From Candidatus Marinacidobacterales bacterium (lineage in GTDB: Bacteria > Acidobacteriota > Vicinamibacteria > Marinacidobacterales > DATDRI01), in NCBI GenBank assembly GCA_965226495.1, contig OZ245365.1:3424001-3488000 (forward strand): a DNA stretch of 64,000 nt. Reading direction: 5' to 3'. Positions within the stretch are counted from its first letter, which is position 1; every line of letters begins with the position of its first letter. The position numbers and the translations under genes are program-made. This document shows, piece by piece, positions 19,451 through 28,416 of the stretch. The notes under the pieces are model-generated. The model was not told the DNA's origin. It ran no database searches and saw only the letters and a program-made list of their open reading frames with translations.

Positions 19451-20350
19451 CTACGATGCGCTTCGCACCTCGGAGCTCAGCACTCGTACTTGGAAGCTTT
19501 CCAGGTTCTTCATCTTCTTCCGGAAGACGCCCGTAAATTCGAGCCCGCTCGCGTCTTGGAGAAGCACGAGAAAACTTTCCTTACCCGGCTCGAGAGGGAC
19601 GGGGAAGGAACGGGACACAGCATTCAACCAACGAGGGAACTCCCCGGAACCTTCGTTCACCTGGTAGAGCATGCGCACCAGGACACGCTTGTCCGTCGAG
19701 CTTTCCGGTAGTCCGAGCACCAGAACCACACCTTTGTCGGCTCCCTCCCCCGTTTCCTCGAAGCCGCAGGTATAGCCGTCGCTCGTGGATATGACCCGTG
19801 TGTCACCGGGAGTAAAAGTAAAGGAGTTGAATTTGGTCTCTTTGTCCACCGTATCGTACTTGTCGTCGAGGAGCAGCGCCGCTTCTTCCCCACCGACAAA
19901 AACGCGGAGGCGAATGCGCGTGTCGGCTGGCTCGGTGTCCGAGCCGGTGAACGCGTACCAGAAGGAATCCCCTCGGATGTCCAGAGCGATCACCGACCGG
20001 CCCTCGGGCCGCGGGGCTCGTTTGACCGGCTTTGGCGCCGGCGGTTCGGTCGTAGAGGATGCTTTTTTCGGCGGCGTCTCCTTCTCCGGCGGTTTCTCTG
20101 CAGCCGGCTCTGCGCCCTGGTAGTCGATCTGCTTGATGTCGGTCTTCGGAATGACCAAGTTGCCGTAGGTGGTCTTCAGAGTGATGGCACGCTCGCTAGC
20201 CCCTATCACAGACCCGTGGAGGACGTCACCATTATGGAGGTAGATTACCTCCGCGATGCCCGAGGCGGGTAGAAGGAGAATGGTCGCGAGCGCCAATATC
20301 GCGACGAGCCCACTCCAGTGTCTTGAATCGAACGATTTATCTTGCGCCAA
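19451..20350 (-). CDS. Exported hypothetical protein
   Basis: Signal peptide, IYLHNGD.L.G small beta domain, Pro/Lys-rich linker. Confidence 0.7.
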   Translation of the reverse strand: MAQDKSFDSRHWSGLVAILALATILLLPASGIAEVIYLHNGDVLHGSVIGASERAITLKTTYGNLVIPKTDIKQIDYQGAEPAAEKPPEKETPPKKASSTTEPPAPKPVKRAPRPEGRSVIALDIRGDSFWYAFTGSDTEPADTRIRLRVFVGGEEAALLLDDKYDTVDKETKFNSFTFTPGDTRVISTSDGYTCGFEETGEGADKGVVLVLGLPESSTDKRVLVRMLYQVNEGSGEFPRWLNAVSRSFPVPLEPGKESFLVLLQDASGLEFTGVFRKKMKNLESFQVRVLSSEVRSAS

Positions 20351-20483
20351 GTTCCTTCTCCTGAGCGACTTCTAGTCGCGCCGCCCGCCTATTATATCTC
20401 GAACCGTCCGCCAAGCTCCTCGGCGTGAGGTGACCCCCTTCTCGAGATGGCGTGGTAGAATGCCCGCCCGCCGGATAGCTTGA

Positions 20484-21170
20484 ATGGAATCTCAGGACAT
20501 TACCGCACTGCTCCTAAGCTACGCCTACCTTCTGGGCCTACTCTTGGCCGCGGTGACGGCGCACCGATACCTTAGTGTCAAGAGCATCTTCACCCGGAAG
20601 CTCGTGATCGTCGGCACCGGCATGTGGTCGATCGTGGCGGTGAGACTCTTCTCGTCCTGGGAATGGGCCATCGTACCGCCCCTAACACTCGCTTTTCTTT
20701 ACTACCTCTCCTACCGCTTCGACCTTGTCGAGGCGATTGAGGACTCCCAGCGGGTCAACATGGGATTGGTCTTCTTCCCTATCGCCATCGCTTTGTTGCT
20801 GGGCTTGTTCTGGCGACCGGGCTCGGGGCAGGATGCCGGCCACGTTGCGGTGGCGGCGTTGATGGCGGCGACGTGGGGTGACACCGTGGCCGCTTTGATC
20901 GGGCGCCGATACGGAACTAGACGCTATCGTATGCTGGGCCACCGCCGAACGATGGAAGGAACGCTGGCTTTGTTCTTCGTATCCGGCGTCGCCATGGCCC
21001 CCGTTTTGGCGACCATGGGGGCAATGGACTGGCACCAATCGGTGGCGTTCGCTCTCATAGCGGCGACCGTCGTGGCCCTGATTGAGATCGTCTCCTTTTA
21101 CGGGAGCGACAATCTCACGATTCCTCTCGCCGCGGCCGTCACTCTATCCCTGCTGACCCGGCTCACTTGA
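20484..21170 (+). CDS. Phytol/dolichol kinase-like membrane protein
   Basis: TRKLV, GDTVAALIGRRYG, RTMEGT and DNLTIP; multiple TM helices. Confidence 0.8.
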   Translation: MESQDITALLLSYAYLLGLLLAAVTAHRYLSVKSIFTRKLVIVGTGMWSIVAVRLFSSWEWAIVPPLTLAFLYYLSYRFDLVEAIEDSQRVNMGLVFFPIAIALLLGLFWRPGSGQDAGHVAVAALMAATWGDTVAALIGRRYGTRRYRMLGHRRTMEGTLALFFVSGVAMAPVLATMGAMDWHQSVAFALIAATVVALIEIVSFYGSDNLTIPLAAAVTLSLLTRLT

Positions 21171-21188
21171 GCCGAGGGCGACCGAACT

Positions 21189-21404
21189 TCAGAAGCGTTC
21201 GACCTCGACGCTCTCCACTTCTGGAACCGCCTCGGCGGCCAGGAGCACGGTGCTGCTGATAGGAAGGTAGGCTTCATACATCTTGTCCTTCACTTCCAGG
21301 GAAACGTTGTAGTACCCCTGCTCTTTGACGTCCAAGAGCCTTCCCTTCGCGCCCTTCACGCCCAAGGCGTCGTTGTAGACACGGATTGCATCGCCAGCGT
21401 CCAT
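21189..21404 (-). CDS. Small hypothetical protein (71 aa)
   Basis: AAGGAG RBS, own promoter upstream, plausible composition. Confidence 0.7.
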   Translation of the reverse strand: MDAGDAIRVYNDALGVKGAKGRLLDVKEQGYYNVSLEVKDKMYEAYLPISSTVLLAAEAVPEVESVEVERF

Positions 21405-21437
21405 CGAACACTCCTTTGGTTAGAGGTGAGTTAGTTC

Positions 21438-21466
21438 ATTGTAAGGTAGGCACTCGGACCCGTCAA
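21438..21466 (-). promoter_or_regulatory. sigma-70 promoter of the 71-aa gene
   Basis: TTGACG-N17-TACAAT; the -35 box overlaps the HNH copy 2 stop codon. Confidence 0.7.
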
Positions 21467-22518
21467 CCGCTTGAGGTAAAAGGCATTAGACAGGAGTAGA
21501 CAGGCCCCGGCTCACGGGCAACGCTGCTTGAGCGGCGGTATTCCTCCATCATGTCTTTCCCGTAGTCGCGTTCCGCCAGGAAGTGATTGTGGGTGGGGCA
21601 CATCATGTAGACGTTCTCAGGGCTGTGATCGCCGCCGCGGGCAAAGGGCTGGCGGTGGTGGAACTGGAGTTTGTGGCGTTCGCTGCAGCGCCTACCGCGT
21701 GAGTCTACGAAAGCGCACTGGTTTCCGTCCCGCTCGCTAACGGCGCGTCTCACCGGGGCCGGGATGTAACGTGACGACGGCGATGTGTCGGCTTCCTCGA
21801 GAGCCTGTCTCGGCGCCCTTGTCTTTCCAAAGCGCCTCGACTCAAGTCGCTCGAGCTTCTCAGTCACGGCTTCTTCAATGATCGCGGCCAGGTCGCCTTC
21901 CGGCATGAGGCCACGCAGGCGCTCTATCTTGTCTTTCAGCTCTGCGCTGGCCGTGAATTGGACCTTGTAGCGGGCAGGTGCCAGGGGTTCCACGGGCCTC
22001 GGCCCCTGGGGCTTCGGGGCGGGAACTAGGTCCGGACCGAGTTGCGGAGTGGCGCTCGGTCTTGCTTTCTCGCGACGCGCAGGTAGCTTGCGCATTACCG
22101 CCGGCACATCTGGCTTGGGAGAAAGCTCGGTCACCAGCTCTTCGATCTCCCGTTTGAATTTGTGGGCCGCACGAGCCAGAAGCGTTTCTCGATTGGCCTC
22201 GGTGAGGTGCGGCGCTAGCTTCGCAATACCACTCAGGTGAAGACGCCCGTCAGCTAGCATTGTCAACAACACCGGATGCCTCCGGGACGCGCGCCCTACC
22301 GCAATGCGCAAATACGCCTCGTGCTCCGACAGGCGCAACTTCTCCGTGCAATACGTAAACATCGACGAGCAAGCTTCCCGGGCGTAGAGGCGCCGCTCGT
22401 CTACCTCGGCAATATGTGCGACTAACTCTGACTCGACGCGTCGTGATTGCTGCACTAGCCCAGACAAGCGGCGGAGTAGCTCGTCATCGGAAATCGATTT
22501 CAATACCTTGCTAAACAT
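21463..22518 (-). CDS. HNH endonuclease with DUF222-like N-terminal region (copy 2)
   Basis: Paralog of 2885-4009 with long near-identical blocks; RDGNQC..GRRC..LQFHH..GGDHS..N..MCPTHN; start MFSKVL at 22518. Confidence 0.85.
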   Translation of the reverse strand: MFSKVLKSISDDELLRRLSGLVQQSRRVESELVAHIAEVDERRLYAREACSSMFTYCTEKLRLSEHEAYLRIAVGRASRRHPVLLTMLADGRLHLSGIAKLAPHLTEANRETLLARAAHKFKREIEELVTELSPKPDVPAVMRKLPARREKARPSATPQLGPDLVPAPKPQGPRPVEPLAPARYKVQFTASAELKDKIERLRGLMPEGDLAAIIEEAVTEKLERLESRRFGKTRAPRQALEEADTSPSSRYIPAPVRRAVSERDGNQCAFVDSRGRRCSERHKLQFHHRQPFARGGDHSPENVYMMCPTHNHFLAERDYGKDMMEEYRRSSSVAREPGPVYSCLMPFTSSG

Positions 22519-22745
22519 GTGTCGTCCCCCCTCAAGACTAATATAACAACGCACTTTTTTTGGCCTTGAGACGGCGTGAGTCGGGAGGAACGTGCTTCGA
22601 CGAAGTTTTTGTCTCGAAGCTCCTAGGCGCTGACTAGAGCGTCAACGTACGCTTCAGAGATGGTACTGCGAAGGTATTAGAAAGGTCCGTAAAACTTGTT
22701 GTGGAATTCTGTCAAGAGAAAAATTCAATTTTTTTTCTTGGAAAG
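21494..22745 (-). mobile_element. HNH-endonuclease repeat element copy 2
   Basis: Homologous to 2973-4238 including the non-coding leader. Confidence 0.65.
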
Positions 22746-24068
22746 ACACTGCCGGATGATGTCGAGGCCGGCATCGATGTCCTCTCGACTCACCACGAGC
22801 GACGGGCGGAAGCGCAACGAACGGGCCCCGCAACCGAGAATGAGCAATCGGTTCTCGTACGCATCATCCCGAAGCCGATCGCGCGTGGTCCGATCGGGGA
22901 GGTCGAAGGCGCACATCAAACCCCGGCCCCGCACGTTCGAGACTAGCTCGGGAAACTCCGCCGGGAGCTCCTCGAGCGCCGCCAGAAGGTAAGAACCGAC
23001 CGTTGCCGCGTTGTCGACGAGCCGCTCCTCATCGATGATCTCGAGGTACCGCTGGAATCGAACCATGTCGGTGAGGTTCCCTCCCCAGGTGGAATTGATT
23101 CGAGCCGACTCGGCAAAGACGTTCTTCTCAACCTCGTCGAGGCGTGGGCCGGCCAGAACGCCGCAAACCTGGGCCTTCTTTCCGAAGCAAAGCACGTCGG
23201 GCTGAACACCGAAATGCTGATGGGCCCACATCTTTCCGGTGAGCCCTACGCCGGTCTGCACCTCGTCGACGATGAAGAGGAATTCGTTATCGTCGGCCAG
23301 GTCACGAATCTGCTGGAAGAACTCCTTGCGAAAGTGGTTATCTCCCCCTTCTCCCTGGATGGGCTCGATGATGATCCCGGCAAGGTCGTCCGGGTTGTCG
23401 TGAAGCGCTTGCTTGATCTGCTCGACGGCTTGCCGCTCCAGCTCAACCACCGACCTCTCGGACTCCTCGTCCAACGGAAAGTGGATCTTGGGGTTGACGA
23501 TTCGAGGCCAAGAAAATTTAGGGAAATACTGAATCTTCCGCGGGTCGGCGGTGTTGGTCATTGAAATGGAATAACCGGTGCGCCCGTGGAACGCCTCCCG
23601 GAAGTGTATGATCTGCTGACCGCGTTCCCCGGAAATACCTTTTTGGATATTCTTCCGTACCTTCCAATCGAAAGCGGCCTTGAGGCCGTTCTCCACGGCG
23701 ACCGTCCCGCCGGCGACGAGAAATAAGTGAGGAAGATATTCGGGGATGGCGACTCGGGCAAAGGTCTCGACGAACTCGGCCATCTCGACGGTATAGACGT
23801 CGGAATTGGTGGGTTTGTGGATGGCCACTCGCGCCATTTTGTTGCGAAACGATTCCTCTGTGACACGGGGATGATTGAGCCCCACCGGGTTGCTCGCAAA
23901 GAATGAGAAGAAATCTAGGAATTTCGTGCCGGACAGCGCGTCGAAAAGATACACCCCCTGGCTGCGCTCGAGATCGAGCACCAGGTCGTATCCGTCGGCG
24001 AGCAGATGCTTCGCTAATATGCCGTGCACGTCGCCCGGCCCTATCTTCTTGGACTTCGTATTGACCAT
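22725..24068 (-). CDS. lat: L-lysine 6-transaminase (class III aminotransferase)
   Basis: FLDFFSFFAS, KPTNSDVY, AFHGRTGY, EPIQGEGGDNH, DEVQTG, FGKKAQVCG and INSTWGG. Confidence 0.92.
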   Translation of the reverse strand: MVNTKSKKIGPGDVHGILAKHLLADGYDLVLDLERSQGVYLFDALSGTKFLDFFSFFASNPVGLNHPRVTEESFRNKMARVAIHKPTNSDVYTVEMAEFVETFARVAIPEYLPHLFLVAGGTVAVENGLKAAFDWKVRKNIQKGISGERGQQIIHFREAFHGRTGYSISMTNTADPRKIQYFPKFSWPRIVNPKIHFPLDEESERSVVELERQAVEQIKQALHDNPDDLAGIIIEPIQGEGGDNHFRKEFFQQIRDLADDNEFLFIVDEVQTGVGLTGKMWAHQHFGVQPDVLCFGKKAQVCGVLAGPRLDEVEKNVFAESARINSTWGGNLTDMVRFQRYLEIIDEERLVDNAATVGSYLLAALEELPAEFPELVSNVRGRGLMCAFDLPDRTTRDRLRDDAYENRLLILGCGARSLRFRPSLVVSREDIDAGLDIIRQCLSKKKN

Positions 24069-24171
24069 GGGGAATCCTTTATTTTACCACCCGGTCGAAA
24101 CCACAGCCAGGGTGCGCCTCCTTGACGCGGCGAGAGCCCCGTCCCTATAATCCCCTCGGCCCTATCGATGC

Positions 24172-25230
24172 GTGAAAACCCAACAGACTAGCGAGGAACC
24201 CGTGAGCAGCGACTCATTCGATGAGGTGGACGATATCGGTTTTCTAAGCGACGTCGACCTCTTCCGAAACATGCCCGAGGAAGTACTCCGCACGGTCTCG
24301 GCCCAGGCCAGGACCGTGACGTACAACGCGGGCGAGACGGTCGTCAAAAAGGGCGGCGCGGGTGATCGTGTGTTCGTCGTGAAGAGCGGGATGGTCGAGG
24401 TGGTAAGCCCAACCGACTCGAAGGATACCGATGAGGCTCCCCCGCTCGTCTACCTAGGCAAGGGCGAATGCTTTGGTGAGCTCTCCATCCTGACTGAGTC
24501 TCCCCGACACGCGGATGTTCGGGTGCCCGAGGAAGCTCAGTTGATGATCATCGAGCATGCGCTTTTCAATGAGCTGGTGAAGAACTACCCGGGCTTCGCC
24601 AGTCAGTTGTGCGTTATCTTGGCGCACCGCCTGGTCAAGCTGCTTCAAGGCCTTCCCATGGACGACAAGAAGGAGCTTCAGGGAAACCTCCAGTTCTTCG
24701 ACTTGGCCACCGTCGTCCAGACACTGATCTCTTCTGGCCAAACAGGCGTCATGACCCTGGCCTTGGCCCGCGAGCCGATAGCGAAACTCACGTTTCATAG
24801 CGGCAATATCTTCCGCGCCAGTTATGCGAAGCGGAGCGGCGATGAGGCCGTCCATCATCTCTTTCAAGTGCCGACGCAGGCGGATTTCCGCTTCTCGAGC
24901 ACCCATGATGAAAACATAGAGGCGGGCCCGGATCCCGGAATCACCGTCCCCGCCATGGCTCTCATGATGGACTCGGTCCGCCTGCAAGACGAGCTGTCCG
25001 TCTTGCGAGAGCAGCTACCCCCGGAAGGCACGAGCCTCAAGCGGGGCGACTCCAACAATTTCACGCCTCCGGGCAATAATGAAGCCGAGAAAACGGCGCA
25101 GGCACTCTGGACACGCCTCGAGAAACCGGCGACGGTCGGCCAGCTCATGGATGAATCTACGAGTTGCTATTATCATGCCGCTCTCGCGTTGATCGGATTA
25201 TTGGAATCGAAGCGGGTTCAGCCAGCGTAG
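24172..25230 (+). CDS. Cyclic nucleotide-binding domain plus DUF4388 (PatA-N-like) protein
   Basis: FGELSILTESPRHADV cNMP motif; LQGNLQFFDLATVVQTL...TG DUF4388 pattern. Confidence 0.8.
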   Translation: MKTQQTSEEPVSSDSFDEVDDIGFLSDVDLFRNMPEEVLRTVSAQARTVTYNAGETVVKKGGAGDRVFVVKSGMVEVVSPTDSKDTDEAPPLVYLGKGECFGELSILTESPRHADVRVPEEAQLMIIEHALFNELVKNYPGFASQLCVILAHRLVKLLQGLPMDDKKELQGNLQFFDLATVVQTLISSGQTGVMTLALAREPIAKLTFHSGNIFRASYAKRSGDEAVHHLFQVPTQADFRFSSTHDENIEAGPDPGITVPAMALMMDSVRLQDELSVLREQLPPEGTSLKRGDSNNFTPPGNNEAEKTAQALWTRLEKPATVGQLMDESTSCYYHAALALIGLLESKRVQPA

Positions 25231-25247
25231 CACTCGAGAGGAGACTC

Positions 25248-26177
25248 ATGAGGATTCCCCTTCTTCTGTCGCTTGTCACGTTGCTAGCCGGTCTCGCGCC
25301 CGCCCGGTCTCAAAGCGCCCAGGAAATCGAAGCCTCCGAAACCACGGGGGCCCCCGGTGACCTTTCCTTCCCCATTCCCGAAAACTTGGTGCTCGATCTC
25401 CGAGTCTTCGAATCACGAACCGAATTCCCCGATTACGACGCGATGGGAAGCCTGAGCTTCTTCATCAATACCGACGGGCGAACGGTCAGCGCAACGCAAT
25501 GGCCCGGCACCCTTGCCAAGAAAGTGGAGGATACCTTCCTCGCCGCATTGATCTACGACACCGCGCCGGTGGTGGACGGCGTCAGCCGCTTCGAGTGGAG
25601 CAAGGGTTCTCGAAGCATCAAGACCGAGATTCGCATCGAGGGGTTCCATCCGGCGGGAACTTTCAAAGCCCAGCTCGAATCTCAGTTCGCGCGGGGTAGC
25701 CGTACGATGAAAGAGCTGTCGCGCGAGCTCGAGCTACAGATGAAACGGACGACGGTTTGGAGCGCTAGTGAGCTCGAGATAGCCGCCACCGATTACATCT
25801 CACACTTCCGCGAGTACAAGGATCGCGACAATCGGGGTCAGCTCTACGAGATGCTGCGCCCTTACACCTTTTTCTTGCTCCTCGCGGTGACGCCCCGCGT
25901 CCTGACCGCAGAAGAAGCCGTTCCGTCTCGAACGCTATCGCTTCCGGCCGATGCCGAGCTGCCGCTCTTGCAAAACCCGACCGGCTTTCCCCTACAGGGA
26001 ACCATTGTGCTGGAGTTCGGCGTCGATGAATCCGGGGCGCCGGTGAACCCGCAGGTCCTCCGCTCGACGCTGCCCGAGGCCAACATTCAGGTGCTCGAGC
26101 AATCGACTCTGTGGCGGTTTCCGAATTCAGAAGACCCAGGCCGCGGTGAGCTAGAAATAAAGCTCGAAGTTCCCTAA
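25248..26177 (+). CDS. Exported protein with TonB C-terminal-like domain
   Basis: GAGGAG RBS, start MRIPLL, signal peptide; QGTIVLEFGVDESG....PQVLRS...WRF. Confidence 0.65.
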   Translation: MRIPLLLSLVTLLAGLAPARSQSAQEIEASETTGAPGDLSFPIPENLVLDLRVFESRTEFPDYDAMGSLSFFINTDGRTVSATQWPGTLAKKVEDTFLAALIYDTAPVVDGVSRFEWSKGSRSIKTEIRIEGFHPAGTFKAQLESQFARGSRTMKELSRELELQMKRTTVWSASELEIAATDYISHFREYKDRDNRGQLYEMLRPYTFFLLLAVTPRVLTAEEAVPSRTLSLPADAELPLLQNPTGFPLQGTIVLEFGVDESGAPVNPQVLRSTLPEANIQVLEQSTLWRFPNSEDPGRGELEIKLEVP

Positions 26178-26278
26178 AGCGCGCGCACTCCTGGCGTATA
26201 GCAGGCTTAAGCTGTTCCAGCGGCAGGCCTTAGCTTTTTGACTCACTCCAAATCTCATGCTAACTTGCTGACCAGGGC

Positions 26279-27592
26279 ATGGAAACAACTCTTTCTCAGG
26301 ACCAATTAGTTCTGGTCACTCTCCTCGTCAAGCTCGGGGTGATGGCGTCCATCGCCAGCCTTCTAGGCCGCTTTGAAGCCTTCAAGCGGCTGCTTCAGCG
26401 CGAGGAGCTGACGCTCACCGAGAAGTGGATCTTTGCTTTGTTCGCCGGCATGCTGCTCTCCACCGGAGTTGGCATTCGAATTCTCCTGAACTACAACGCC
26501 GCCGACCTTTCATTGTCGGGAACTCTTCTGATCGGGCTGCTGGCGGGACCCATCGCCGGAGCGGCGGTCGGATTGATGGTGGGGGCCCCGGCAATAGGCC
26601 ACGGCGAGTTCATGGCCTTGCCGCTCGGCGTCCTCTACGGTGTCGCAGGAGGCATCGTTCGCGAGCTCTGTCGCAAGGAAGACATCTGGAGTTTTTCTCC
26701 GCTGATCTTTCTCAACCTTTACCGCATTGGTAAGACCGCCATCCGCGACCGCATCTTCGATTGGCAGGTCGTGATCTTCGGAGTGACGGTAGCACTGGAG
26801 TCTCTTAGGATCTTCGTCGGCTCGGAGCTACTACCCGGGACCGTTTTCTACTTGGGCTCCAACAACGCATGGGTGATGTTGGCCATCTATATCTCGACAC
26901 TTTCGTGTCTCGGCATCCCGCTCAAGATTTGGAACAACATCCGACTGGAACAGAAACTTCGGGACCGCGAGGTCCTGGTCGTACGGGCGCGACTCAAGGC
27001 CCTATCCAGCCAGATGAATCCCCATTTTCTGTTTAACACCTTAAATTCTGTGGCTTCGGCCATACGCACCGACCCGGAAGTGGCGAGGGGCTTGATCCGA
27101 AAGCTCTCCAGCATCCTTCGAAAGCTCACCCAGGAACAGGAAAACTTCATTCCCCTACGGGAGGAGCTGGAGTTCATCGACTCCTACCTGGATATCGAAT
27201 CGGTTCGTTTCGGAAGCGGAAAGCTCGTCGTTCAGAAGGAAGTCGAGCGAGCCGCGTTGGAGACTTTCGTTCCTGCGATGATCGTGCAACCGCTCGTGGA
27301 AAACGCCATCAAGCACGGAATCTCCAAACGGTTAGAGGGCGGGCGCATCATCATCCGTGCCCGTAGCGACAACGGTCGGGCGATTATCGAGATTGAGGAT
27401 AATGGCACCGGGCTGCCTCAAGAATCTCAGGAAGAGCCTGGTTTAGGGATCGGACTGACCAACGTGAACGAGCGACTTCGAGTGATTTACGGCGAGAAAT
27501 GCCAGCTGGGACTCACCAGAATCCCCGGGCGGGGAACGCTGGCTCGGCTCGAGATTCCCCAGGTCGACCTGTCTTATTTGAGGGCGAGCTGA
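26279..27592 (+). CDS. LytS/YehU-family sensor histidine kinase
   Basis: Multi-TM N-terminus; QMNPHFLFNTLN, QPLVENAIKHG, IEDNG and GIGLTNV. Confidence 0.93.
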   Translation: METTLSQDQLVLVTLLVKLGVMASIASLLGRFEAFKRLLQREELTLTEKWIFALFAGMLLSTGVGIRILLNYNAADLSLSGTLLIGLLAGPIAGAAVGLMVGAPAIGHGEFMALPLGVLYGVAGGIVRELCRKEDIWSFSPLIFLNLYRIGKTAIRDRIFDWQVVIFGVTVALESLRIFVGSELLPGTVFYLGSNNAWVMLAIYISTLSCLGIPLKIWNNIRLEQKLRDREVLVVRARLKALSSQMNPHFLFNTLNSVASAIRTDPEVARGLIRKLSSILRKLTQEQENFIPLREELEFIDSYLDIESVRFGSGKLVVQKEVERAALETFVPAMIVQPLVENAIKHGISKRLEGGRIIIRARSDNGRAIIEIEDNGTGLPQESQEEPGLGIGLTNVNERLRVIYGEKCQLGLTRIPGRGTLARLEIPQVDLSYLRAS

Positions 27593-27593
27593 C

Positions 27594-28361
27594 GTGGCAA
27601 TACGCGCCCTCGTGGTCGATGACGAGCGTTTGGCCAGGGATGAGCTCTGCTTTCTTCTCGAGTCCTTCCCGGAGGTCGAAGTCGTCGGCCAGGCAAGTAA
27701 CGGCCTCGAAGCGGTGACTCAGGTCGAGCAGCTCCAACCCGAGTTGCTCTTCCTAGACATCCAAATGCCCGGCCTAGACGGGTTCCAGGTTCTCCGAGAG
27801 CTCGTTGGCAAGGAGAACGTCCCTCCGTTCGTTGTTTTCGTGACCGCCTACGACCAGTACGCCATTCAAGCGTTCGAGATCAACGCGGTCGATTATTTGC
27901 TCAAGCCGGTCGAGAAGGTACGCCTCGGCGAGGCCATCGCCCGTACCCGACGGGTAATAGGCGAAGAAGGACCCTTGGCCAATCAGCTGGGCCGCATTCT
28001 CGGCGCCCTCGAAAAAGAAACCTCACTCAAACGCATGGTCGTCAAGGTCGGCGAGCGCTTCATGCTCGTGGACTCGAAGGACGTCATCTACGCTACGGTG
28101 GAAACCGGCGTCGTCACCGTTGCCACCGACCAGTGGAGCGGTACTTCCAACCTCCGCACCTTGGACGAGCTCAACGCCAATCTCGACCCCGATGTGTTCT
28201 GGCGTGTGCACCGTTCCTATATCGTCAACCTGCGGCGTATCAAAGAAGTGATTCCGTGGTTCAATCGCACGTTGCAGCTCAAGATGGCCGATGAGCGCGA
28301 GACCGAGATCCCCGTGTCACGTTCGCAAACCCGTCGGCTGAAGGAACACTTCAAGCTCTAG
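27594..28361 (+). CDS. LytTR-family response regulator
   Basis: VDDE, LDIQMPG, TAYD, DYLLKP; FWRVHRSYIVN..IPVSR LytTR domain. Confidence 0.95.
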   Translation: MAIRALVVDDERLARDELCFLLESFPEVEVVGQASNGLEAVTQVEQLQPELLFLDIQMPGLDGFQVLRELVGKENVPPFVVFVTAYDQYAIQAFEINAVDYLLKPVEKVRLGEAIARTRRVIGEEGPLANQLGRILGALEKETSLKRMVVKVGERFMLVDSKDVIYATVETGVVTVATDQWSGTSNLRTLDELNANLDPDVFWRVHRSYIVNLRRIKEVIPWFNRTLQLKMADERETEIPVSRSQTRRLKEHFKL

Positions 28362-28416
28362 CCCGCTACGCGGTGGGCACTGAGTTGTCGCATGGTCTCC
28401 TACTGGAGGAATACGC

